From assembly GCA_027339965.1 (NCBI GenBank), contig DAHWNL010000036.1:1-64000 (forward strand): a DNA stretch of 64,000 nt, written 5' to 3'. Shown piece after piece: positions 1 through 8,207 of the stretch. The notes below the pieces were generated by a model. It searched no databases and was not told the DNA's origin. It saw only the letters and a program-made list of their open reading frames with translations. Numbering within the stretch: position 1 is the stretch's first letter; every line of letters starts with the position of its first letter. Made by a program: the position numbers and the translations under genes. This stretch comes from Granulicella sp. (GTDB lineage: Bacteria; Acidobacteriota; Terriglobia; Terriglobales; Acidobacteriaceae).

Positions 1-150
1 CTGAAAGCAAAACTGCGCGCACTTGCCGCTCGCGCCATGCCCCAACTCGAACTGGCCACCACCCACGCTCTCCAAACCATATCCGCACAAGACGCCAAAG
101 CTTGGCTCAGACTTTGATTCGGTGCTTATACCTGAAGGTAAAATTGTGTA
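1..150 (+). mobile_element. 3' end of an IS630-family transposase (partial, runs off window) with a possible right end
   Basis: Frame 1 reads LKAKLRALAARAMPQLELATTHALQTISAQDAKAWLRL* (stop 115-117), like the IS630 C-terminus KLKxxLRxxxARTxxxLxxAIxxAxxxITxxDxxxWF. It is followed by AAAATTGTGTA ending at 150. Confidence 0.6.
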
Positions 151-295
151 ACCAACCCGGAACAGACGGAGATCTATCACGCCTCCGCTCCAAGCGGGGA
201 TCTGCTGGCAGAGATTGGCTCCCCAAACCTGGTTCATCACCTGGTCCAGACGCTCGAGATGTTCGTGCCAATCGATCCTGCGAGGGTCTTCCTTC

Positions 296-1201
296 TCATA
301 GGCAAGGGTGTTTATGAAACATTCTCAAGGAACTTTCGTCTGACTTTGCGTTGGGCGATCTGCCTGGCGCCAGCCCCGGTATGAGCAGAACGATGCCGAC
401 GCACACTGCGGACGCCGAACAGAATCGCTTCCAGGTGAACGGCTCACCAAGAAGGAAATGGGCGATGACAAGAGCCCAAAGAACGCTCGTTTCACGAAGC
501 GCTGAAACAATCCCCACATCCACGTAGTGGGTGGCCCACAGGACAAGAAAGTAGGCTGTCATCGAAAGAGCACCAGCTCCCACGGCACGTAGGGAATCCT
601 GAATCTTTTCAAATCGGATGGGATTCTGCAGCAACAAGAGTCCCGGAGGCATCAACAGGTAGCTGGCAAAGATCCAAACCACGTAGGAGAGCGTACTGCC
701 GGAGCGCTGAACGCCGATTGTGTCGGTCACCGTGTAGGCTGCGATCGCCACTCCCGTTCCAAGCGCAAAGAGCGTCGCGCGTGCACCCATCCGCGACTGT
801 TCTTTGGCGAGGTAGAGGATTCCGATGGAGATCATAGCCACGCCAGCGACGGCGATGATGTGTGGCCGCTGCCGCATGAGAACCAATGCGCCGACGGTGA
901 TGAGCAGGGGGGAAACGCCGCGAGCAATGGGATAGGCTGTGCTGAAATTGCTGATGCGATAGTTCTGCAGCAGAAGAAAGTTATAAAAGAGATGGAGCGC
1001 TGAGGACAATCCGATACAAGCCCAGGCGGCCCGAGAGGGAGCCGGGACGAACGGGATGCTGAGACCTGCCAGCAGACCCACTGCTGCCGTCATGCTGGCC
1101 AGAAAACGCGAGCGGTCAGTGGACCCCTTCATCTGGGCGTTCCAGGCAGCGTGCAGAACTGCGGATAGAAGAACGATCGGGATGGCATAACCGCGCATCA
1201 A
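296..1201 (-). CDS. EamA/DMT family transporter
   Basis: 301 aa, ~10 TM segments, LSAVLHAAWN, AYPIARG and ALRETSV motifs. Confidence 0.9.
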   Translation of the reverse strand: MMRGYAIPIVLLSAVLHAAWNAQMKGSTDRSRFLASMTAAVGLLAGLSIPFVPAPSRAAWACIGLSSALHLFYNFLLLQNYRISNFSTAYPIARGVSPLLITVGALVLMRQRPHIIAVAGVAMISIGILYLAKEQSRMGARATLFALGTGVAIAAYTVTDTIGVQRSGSTLSYVVWIFASYLLMPPGLLLLQNPIRFEKIQDSLRAVGAGALSMTAYFLVLWATHYVDVGIVSALRETSVLWALVIAHFLLGEPFTWKRFCSASAVCVGIVLLIPGLAPGRSPNAKSDESSLRMFHKHPCL

Positions 1202-1476
1202 GCTTCCTCTGGCTTGGTGAAAGGCGAACCTCTGCGGCCTTGCAGCCAGCCTCCCCGTTCTTCTATGTTTCGGGCGCTGCGCGACTGGCGCGGCGCTTGG
1301 ACCGGCCCCGTTCGGAACGAAGGAACACTCGTCGCCTCAGGTTTGCTCTCTCGATGCTCATGATAGCGGGTTGGAGATGCGGGCCGCCGCAGAGAGAGCG
1401 TGGGCTGACGTTCCAATAAGCCTGGTGCGGGGCACGTCCCCTTGTGTAGAAGCCGGCTGAGCGATGCAGTCTTCGT

Positions 1477-1704
1477 TCATGGAAGCGTTTTGATGGTGTT
1501 GCGGCGAGAAAACCGAACGGCGCTTGCGACGAGAATCGTGACCAGGCCGGCAAAGAGTACGACCCCCTGCCAGCGATGGAGGAGTAAAGTTCGGGACAAA
1601 ACGATCTTCACCAGCCCAATCCACGCAAGGATGGCGGAGGCGAAGCCTCCATCATCCACAAATAATCCATACCCTTCTTTGCAGATGGTCTTTATCCATC
1701 TCAT
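1477..1704 (-). CDS. small membrane protein (FVDDG motif), partner of the upstream COG4280 gene
   Basis: 75 aa MRWIKTICKEGYGLFVDDGGFASAILAW..., 2 hydrophobic segments, starts 10 nt after the COG4280 stop. Confidence 0.7.
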   Translation of the reverse strand: MRWIKTICKEGYGLFVDDGGFASAILAWIGLVKIVLSRTLLLHRWQGVVLFAGLVTILVASAVRFSRRNTIKTLP

Positions 1705-1714
1705 GACGAAATCC

Positions 1715-2473
1715 TCAGCGACTTCCCATCGCGGGCAAGCGGGGTTTTTCCCTGCAAAGTGCGACAGAAAAAAGAGCAACCAAGAAATATCCGGCGACAA
1801 GTCCCACAAGAGCCCCATCGGCTCCGGGCCAGTAAAGTCCTGCCCCTTCGCCGGTCCAGAATGTTCCGAAGGCGGAGAGTAGAACCCCGACCGCAAACTT
1901 CAGAGTATTCTCAGGCACGGCGGCGAGTGGACGATGGAGGACGAGCCCCAGCAGTGTGACAAGAGCCAAGGCGGCAAGAGCCCCCAGGCTCGCGGCAGGC
2001 AGCAGGCCTGGCCCGCCGGCGCTGACGGCAACCACAATGAACACAATTTCAATGCCTTCGAGCATGGTGATTTGAAATGCGCCGGCGAATGCGACACGAT
2101 CCCAGCGGCGCTGATCGTCCAGGCGCCTCAGGGATGCCGTGCTGCGAGTAAAGACGGCCTGCTCATCGTGGAGGGGAATTTGTCCCGCGGCTCGTAGAAC
2201 AGCCTTGCGGAGCCAGCGCAGGCCGAAGAGCAGAAGCAATACGCCCACAGCGAATTGAAGTAAGTGAAGAGGAAGATGCGTGAGGGTCCGGCCAAGAACA
2301 ACAACCATCGCCAGGAGCAGGGCAACCGCAGTGGATGCGCCGCTGAGCGCTCCACTCCAGCCGCGCACGCTGCCAACAGCCAGAACGACCGTCAAGGCTT
2401 CCACGCACTCGACAAGAGATGCCAGGAAACTTGCAAGAAAGGAAGGACCGGCATGGGCCCAGTGGATCACCAT
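1715..2473 (-). CDS. COG4280 / TMEM165-GDT1-like membrane protein (putative cation transporter)
   Basis: Two internal repeats with ExxE motifs (LVECVEA, LEGIEIV), GLRWLRKA, VPENTLKF. Confidence 0.8.
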   Translation of the reverse strand: MVIHWAHAGPSFLASFLASLVECVEALTVVLAVGSVRGWSGALSGASTAVALLLAMVVVLGRTLTHLPLHLLQFAVGVLLLLFGLRWLRKAVLRAAGQIPLHDEQAVFTRSTASLRRLDDQRRWDRVAFAGAFQITMLEGIEIVFIVVAVSAGGPGLLPAASLGALAALALVTLLGLVLHRPLAAVPENTLKFAVGVLLSAFGTFWTGEGAGLYWPGADGALVGLVAGYFLVALFSVALCREKPRLPAMGSR

Positions 2474-2768
2474 AAAGGGAGGTTAGCAGAGTCTGAAGGC
2501 CGGCAGCCTCGGCGCACTCGCGGAGATTTCCCAGCAGATACAGTTCTCGTGACGTTGCCCTGGTTCCCGGATTCGAGTATGCATGCACCATGCTCCTCTG
2601 GTCGCGCATTCGCCATCTGCGGTGATGGCGGGTGGATGATCCCAGGCGGGAAGGCGGGGAGATTCACCGTCGGACAAGTGGTCAAAGCCGCTTCAGGTGC
2701 TCGAACGCTGGGCTTGGGCACAGAGTCCCGCAAGGTTGTCACGCCGCGTGACGCCGCGTGGGAGCACG

Positions 2769-2797
2769 TTGACAACAGAGTTGGCGCTCAGTATACA
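2769..2797 (+). promoter_or_regulatory. putative sigma70 promoter of the DUF1080 gene
   Basis: TTGACA-17 nt-TATACA, 40 nt upstream of ATG 2838. Confidence 0.4.
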
Positions 2798-2837
2798 TAG
2801 AAAGGCCTGCGAGTTCGAGGCAGAAATGGTTTTCTAA

Positions 2838-3683
2838 ATGGATGTGAAGGTGCGCGGCGTCCGATCAATTCTGGCGAGTCTGTCTCTGTTCTGTATCTGG
2901 AGTTTCCAACTCGGGGCGCAGTCGGCGGTCCCGGCCGCAGCGGCTGCGCCGCATGCGCCGGTACGGTTTCACGAGCCCGCGCCGCTGCAATTCGACGATC
3001 ATACCGGCTTCGAGCAGATCTTCGATGGCCATAGCCTGGCGGATTGGGAGGGTGATCCCAGCGTCTGGCGGGTGGAAAACGGCGCCATTGTGGGTGAGTC
3101 CTCCGCCCAGCATCCCGTGTTCAACACCTATATCTGGCGCAAGGGACTGGTGGTGAAGGATTTCGATCTGAAGCTTGAGATCAAGTGTGAGATTGGCGGC
3201 GGCAGTGGGATTCAATATCGCAGCCAGACCGGCCTGCCCTGGATCCGGCCGCTCCAGCCGGGAGAAAAGCCGAGGAATCTGAACTGGATGATGACCGGAC
3301 CCCAGGCCGACATCTGGTTCCCCGTCAATCCTCGCGCCGCCGCCTACACCGGGCAGTTTTACTCGGAGAATACGCCTCTGGGCATTGTCGCGTGGCGCGG
3401 GGAGGTGGTGAACTCCCGGCCCGGCGCGGCTGCGCAGCTCATCGGCAGTGTTGGAGATCGCGCTGAGTTGGGAGGCTACGTCAACATCAATGGCTGGAAC
3501 CAATACGAGATTGTGGCACGCGGCGGCGTCTGCATTCACATCCTCAATGGACACGTGATGGCGGTGCTGATCGACGACGATCCCAAGTCTTCCAATAATC
3601 AGCCGGGCAAGATCGGCATTGAGCTGGAGAGCACCCCGGCCAAGGTGTCGGTTCGCAATATCTGGATTCGGAAGCTGCAGTAG
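2838..3683 (+). CDS. DUF1080 (3-keto-disaccharide hydrolase-like) secreted protein
   Basis: Signal peptide, IFDGxSLxxWEG, WRVENGAIVG, SGIQYRS, WNQYEI, VRNIWIRKL. Confidence 0.9.
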   Translation: MDVKVRGVRSILASLSLFCIWSFQLGAQSAVPAAAAAPHAPVRFHEPAPLQFDDHTGFEQIFDGHSLADWEGDPSVWRVENGAIVGESSAQHPVFNTYIWRKGLVVKDFDLKLEIKCEIGGGSGIQYRSQTGLPWIRPLQPGEKPRNLNWMMTGPQADIWFPVNPRAAAYTGQFYSENTPLGIVAWRGEVVNSRPGAAAQLIGSVGDRAELGGYVNINGWNQYEIVARGGVCIHILNGHVMAVLIDDDPKSSNNQPGKIGIELESTPAKVSVRNIWIRKLQ

Positions 3684-3824
3684 AGGCATTCTGCGGGCCA
3701 ACATCTCTGACAACGAGAAATGGCGCACCCGGTCCTCGGTCCGGTCCACCGTCGGCCCTCGGTCCGGTCTAGCTTCACATCTCAAAGAGACGAGAGGCGG
3801 AGCGCGTAATGGTTACGGGAGGGC

Positions 3825-4613
3825 TCAGCTTCTGCGCGTCAGGACAAACGGATTGGCCTGCGCCGTGGGCGTAAGGACGACGGTTTGAATGTCGACGTGC
3901 GGAGGGCGCGTGGCGGCCCATACGATCGCGTCGGCGATGTCTTCCGGCTGCAGCGGTTCCACATTCTGATAGGTCTTGGCGGCGCGCTCTTCGTCGCCCC
4001 GGAAGCGCACCTTGCTGAATTCGGTCTGCACCATCCCCGGATCGACCGTGGTGACCCGGATCGCGGTACCGTTCAGGTCAATGCGCAGTCCGTCAGTGAT
4101 GAACCTCTCTGCCGCTTTGGTGGCGCAGTACACGCCTCCGTTCGCGTAAGCCATGTGCCCGGCGATAGAGCCAAGGTTGATGATGTGCCCGCGGTCGCGC
4201 TCCACCATGCCCGGCAGGACGGTGCGGGTGACGTACAGTAGCCCCTTGATGTTGGTGTCAATCATCTCCTCCCAGTTTTCCAAATCATCCAGATGAAACT
4301 TGTTGAGTCCGCGGCTGAGCCCCGCGTTGTTGACCAGCACGTCCACGGCTCGCCAGGGCTCCGGCAGGTCACGCCAGACGCGCTCCACGGCCCCCGGGTA
4401 GCGCACGTCGAGCGCCAGACACAGCAGGTCAGCCGCTCCATCCGCGCGCAGCTCGGGTGACATCTCCTGGAGGCGCTCCAGCCGACGGGCGCACAGCAGC
4501 AATCTGGCCCCGTGGCGTGCAAACTCCCGGGCCGTCGCTGCGCCAATGCCGGCGCTGGCTCCGGTAATAAAGACGATCCGGTCTTTCATCGAAGTGCTCA
4601 TGATCTTTGCCAT
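3825..4613 (-). CDS. SDR oxidoreductase (YdfG-like)
   Basis: TGASAGIG, NNAG, YCATK catalytic motif, PGMVQTEFS. Confidence 0.9.
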   Translation of the reverse strand: MAKIMSTSMKDRIVFITGASAGIGAATAREFARHGARLLLCARRLERLQEMSPELRADGAADLLCLALDVRYPGAVERVWRDLPEPWRAVDVLVNNAGLSRGLNKFHLDDLENWEEMIDTNIKGLLYVTRTVLPGMVERDRGHIINLGSIAGHMAYANGGVYCATKAAERFITDGLRIDLNGTAIRVTTVDPGMVQTEFSKVRFRGDEERAAKTYQNVEPLQPEDIADAIVWAATRPPHVDIQTVVLTPTAQANPFVLTRRS

Positions 4614-4705
4614 CTCCTGTCTCAGGCCCGCCGGGCAGGGCTTTTGTCCTCAGGCTTCTTGTTGTACGCCTCTGCGGCTCCCGAGGGAAAGCCCCGCAGC
4701 GGAGT

Positions 4706-5728
4706 TCAGCGTCGCGTGCCGGCGGTCGCGGTTCTGGCCGCCAGATCCCGGGCGATCAGGTCGCCGTGGAAGCGGCCGTTCTCAATGAAGATCTCGTTGG
4801 TGCGCTCGCCGGCCACCACCACCCCGGCCAGATAGATGCCTGGCACATTGGACTCCAGCGTGGCCGGGTCGCAGACCGGGCAGCGCGCATTGGCCTCATC
4901 CAGACTCACCCCTAGAGATTGGAGGAAGGTGAAATCAGGGTGGTAGCCGGTGAGCGCGAAGACGAACTGATTGGGAAGAGAGCGGGGGCCTTGCGGCGTC
5001 AACAAGGTCACGGCATCTTCGGTAATCTCGCTCACCGTGGTGTTGAAGTAGGCTGTCACCTCGCCATTCTTGATCCGATTCTCAATATCCGGTTTGATCC
5101 AGTATTTGATGTGAGAATGAAGCTCGGCTCCGCGGTGTACCAGGGTGACGCGGGCTCCGTGCCGCCACAGCTCCAGGGCCGCAATCGCCGCCGAGTTCTT
5201 TCCTCCGATGACCAGCACGTCCTGCCCGAAGTAAGGGTGCGGCTCATGGTAGTAGTGCATCACCTTGGGCAGGGTCTCGCCGGGGATGTCCAGGGTATTG
5301 GGCAGGTCATAGTAGCCGGTGGAGACGATCAGCTTGCGCGCTGTATGGGTCAGTTTGCGGCCAAAGGCGTCCGTGACGTGGACCTGGAAGGCTCCATCCG
5401 CGCCGCTGACGCGCTCCACGTTCTGGTACTGGCGTACATCGAGATGGTAATGCTGCGCGACCTTGCGGTAGTACTCCAGAGCCTCCGCGCGGGTGGGTTT
5501 CTGGTGCGGCGAAGGGAAGGGAACGTCGCCGATCTCCAGCAGCTCCGGGGTGGTAAAGAAGGTCATATTGGCGGGGTAATGAAACAGGGAGTTGGTCAGG
5601 CAGCCCTTGTCCACCAGGGCGACGCGCAGCCCCAGCCGCTGCGCGGCGATGGCGCAGGCAAGTCCGGTCGGGCCGGCGCCAATCACAAGCACATCCACTT
5701 CAGCCGCATCCGGCTTACGCTGGTTCAT
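4706..5728 (-). CDS. ypdA: YpdA family putative bacillithiol disulfide reductase
   Basis: GAGPTG, YPANMTFFTT, KPTRAEALEYY, GGKNSA, IFIENGRFH. Confidence 0.9.
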   Translation of the reverse strand: MNQRKPDAAEVDVLVIGAGPTGLACAIAAQRLGLRVALVDKGCLTNSLFHYPANMTFFTTPELLEIGDVPFPSPHQKPTRAEALEYYRKVAQHYHLDVRQYQNVERVSGADGAFQVHVTDAFGRKLTHTARKLIVSTGYYDLPNTLDIPGETLPKVMHYYHEPHPYFGQDVLVIGGKNSAAIAALELWRHGARVTLVHRGAELHSHIKYWIKPDIENRIKNGEVTAYFNTTVSEITEDAVTLLTPQGPRSLPNQFVFALTGYHPDFTFLQSLGVSLDEANARCPVCDPATLESNVPGIYLAGVVVAGERTNEIFIENGRFHGDLIARDLAARTATAGTRR

Positions 5729-5858
5729 CCTTCAATTCTACGGAGCTGCTCGAACTTATGGCGCTGCCCGATCTAGGGCAGGGGGAAGGGCATGTGCGCC
5801 CGGCAAGGAGGGAGGTTCGCGGGCAACGTTTCTGCGTGGGGCCAGGGAGGGCCACGGT

Positions 5859-7328
5859 ATGCGGGGCAAAGGGGTAAAGTTAGGCCATGGGGAAGAGGGC
5901 TTGGCATCGGCTGGATGCGGCGCGATCAAGCTGCGAGGTCGTCCGTTGAGACTCCTTCAGGCCATTGGGGCGGCGCTCCTGTTGCAGGCGGGTTTTCCGG
6001 CGATGGAGAGTGCTCCTCCGGCGAGGAGCTTGCCCCATTACCTGCGCTATGTTCGCTCTTTGAGCTTGCCTGCCGGAGCCTCCGGCGTAGCCTGCGCGGT
6101 CCTGGACGGCAGCGTCTACGCCCATGCTTCAAGCCCCTCCCTGGACGATCTCCGCATCTTCCGCCAGCCGGGTGGCGGCCAAGGAGAGGCAGGGCCGCAG
6201 GAGGTTCCCTTTGTCGTCAGCTACAGCCAGGCGCAACCCTCTGACGCGCAGACGGCGATCGTGCGCGACCTGCGGCTGACTCAAGGCGCGCTGGAGTTCG
6301 ATCTGGAGATGCCGCCACGCGCCTACACCCAGGTGGATCTGCATCTGGCCGCGCGGAACTTCATCGCCACGGCGGAGGTGACGGGGTGGAACAGCCGGGC
6401 GGAGTCCGGGCGCAGAGGCGCGGTGGCGCAGCGCCTGGGCGAGTTTGTGCTCTTTGATCTCAGCGCCGAGCACCTGGCGCGCTCCACCTCGCTGGCCTTG
6501 CAGGAGTCTACTTTTGCAGAGTTGCACATCCGGCTGCGTCTGCGCTCGCTCAGCGGCGGCGTGTTTCCACCCCTCTCTCCAGCGATTGTTCAGGGGGCGA
6601 CTGTTCCCGCTAGCCGTGAAGCCCAGACGCTGTACAGCGTGGTGGCCGGCACTTCAGCCCTGGTGGAACGTGGAGGCTCAACCGTGGCCGAGCTGCACGT
6701 TCCCGCCCATGTCCCCATCGAGCGGGTTCGGTTCCTGCTGGATCCGGAGGGTCGTGCGGAGTTTCTGCGCCGGGTGGTGGTGACAGCGCAGGCGGAGCCG
6801 AGCAACGCCGATACCGATCCGCCGCTGGAGGTGGTGAGCGGGCGAATCTGGAGTATGGATCGCCCGGCTGAAAGAGGGGCTCCCGCCGTGAAAGCTGCCA
6901 AACTGGCCTTCGCCGCGGTCATTGCGTCCAATCTGCACCATCCGACAATGATTCGGGTGGAGGTGGAAGACCAAGGCCAGAGGCCTCTGAGGCTTCGAGC
7001 CGTGCAGTTGGAGATGCGCCAGCGAACGCTCTGCTTTGTCGCTTCCGCCGGCGCCACTTACACCCTGCGCTATGGTGAAGCAGGGTTGAACAAGGATGAG
7101 CCCGGCGCTGGCCTGGGCGCGCTGGCCCGCCTGCCGGCGGATCCGATGGTGGCTAAGCTAGGATGGGAAGAGATCAATCGCGATTACATCCCTCGCCCTG
7201 CTCCCGGCCGGCAAGAGGAGCGCCGCCCTGGTCTTCGCTGGATTGCTTTGCTGGCGGCGATTGCAGTATTCGGAACCGCTGTCAGCCGGCGAGCCAAGCG
7301 GCAAGGGAGGCAAAGGCAAAGGGTTTGA
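5859..7328 (+). CDS. DUF3999-like exported protein with C-terminal membrane anchor
   Basis: GGAGG before ATG 5859, signal-like N-terminus, LDDLRIF...EVPF, YTLRYG, C-terminal TM followed by basic residues; start uncertain. Confidence 0.65.
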   Translation: MRGKGVKLGHGEEGLASAGCGAIKLRGRPLRLLQAIGAALLLQAGFPAMESAPPARSLPHYLRYVRSLSLPAGASGVACAVLDGSVYAHASSPSLDDLRIFRQPGGGQGEAGPQEVPFVVSYSQAQPSDAQTAIVRDLRLTQGALEFDLEMPPRAYTQVDLHLAARNFIATAEVTGWNSRAESGRRGAVAQRLGEFVLFDLSAEHLARSTSLALQESTFAELHIRLRLRSLSGGVFPPLSPAIVQGATVPASREAQTLYSVVAGTSALVERGGSTVAELHVPAHVPIERVRFLLDPEGRAEFLRRVVVTAQAEPSNADTDPPLEVVSGRIWSMDRPAERGAPAVKAAKLAFAAVIASNLHHPTMIRVEVEDQGQRPLRLRAVQLEMRQRTLCFVASAGATYTLRYGEAGLNKDEPGAGLGALARLPADPMVAKLGWEEINRDYIPRPAPGRQEERRPGLRWIALLAAIAVFGTAVSRRAKRQGRQRQRV

Positions 7329-8158
7329 GACAAGGCGGGCAGAGGCGAGGGAGGGCCGGCATCCGGGGTTGGGCAGCGGCGCTGCTGTGGTCGTGCTCGC
7401 TCTTCTCCGTGGCGGCGATCGGCCAGGCGGTTCCCGCAGCCCCCTCCACCACCCAGAAGGCGGTTCCGGCGGAGATTGCGGCAGCCCGCCAGGCGCTGGC
7501 TGCCAGGCAGTTTCAGCGCGCCGAGGAGATGTTTGCCGACTTTGCTCAGTCGCATCCAGGCAATATCGACGCCGAAGAAGGAATCGGCGACGCCGAGCTG
7601 GGCATGCACCAATACCTGGCTGCGGAGATTCAGTACCGCAAAGTGGTTGCGCAGGAACCTGAGTTCTGGATCGCCCATGAGAATCTGGTGATCGTGGAAG
7701 CCAAGCTGGGGCGCTGGGGAGAGTTCGACCGGGAGCGCGCTCTTCTGCGCGATGCGCGCGAGCGCAGAGCCCCTGGTATCAGCGCCCGGGAGAGCGATAT
7801 CATCGATTCATTTCACGTCCACGGGGAACACTGGATCGTTCGCGAGTACTTTGAGCCGGTGGGCCGTTCGCTGACCCGCTATAACTTTGAGTACTTTGGC
7901 CCCGATGGCCGGGTGCGGGAGTACGTCTCGCTGGAGTCGGCTAAAGCGGCCCGCCGGGCCCTGATTCGCAGCCCCAACGTCGTCATTGGGGCCGATCCCA
8001 CCCATGCGCCGGCTATCAAGGACTTTGCGCTGAACTACTACACTCTGAAGTCCCACGGAACGATCAAGGTCTATCCTAAGGGCGAGCCCCGCTATGAACA
8101 GGTGCGCGCTGACCTGATCCGCTGGCTGCGGACCCATCCCGCGCCCGCCGGAAACTGA
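7325..8158 (+). CDS. secreted TPR-containing protein
   Basis: TTG overlaps upstream TGA, signal peptide, TPR-like helices; start uncertain. Confidence 0.7.
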   Translation: MRQGGQRRGRAGIRGWAAALLWSCSLFSVAAIGQAVPAAPSTTQKAVPAEIAAARQALAARQFQRAEEMFADFAQSHPGNIDAEEGIGDAELGMHQYLAAEIQYRKVVAQEPEFWIAHENLVIVEAKLGRWGEFDRERALLRDARERRAPGISARESDIIDSFHVHGEHWIVREYFEPVGRSLTRYNFEYFGPDGRVREYVSLESAKAARRALIRSPNVVIGADPTHAPAIKDFALNYYTLKSHGTIKVYPKGEPRYEQVRADLIRWLRTHPAPAGN

Positions 8159-8207
8159 AGCCGGGCCGGGGCGCTACGCCGACACGGTGGCCGGCACAGG
8201 AAGGCGG

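Noticed and set aside
2474..2760. Metal-sensing riboswitch (yybP-ykoY or NiCo) upstream of COG4280
   Set aside because: Consensus motifs could not be found by eye.
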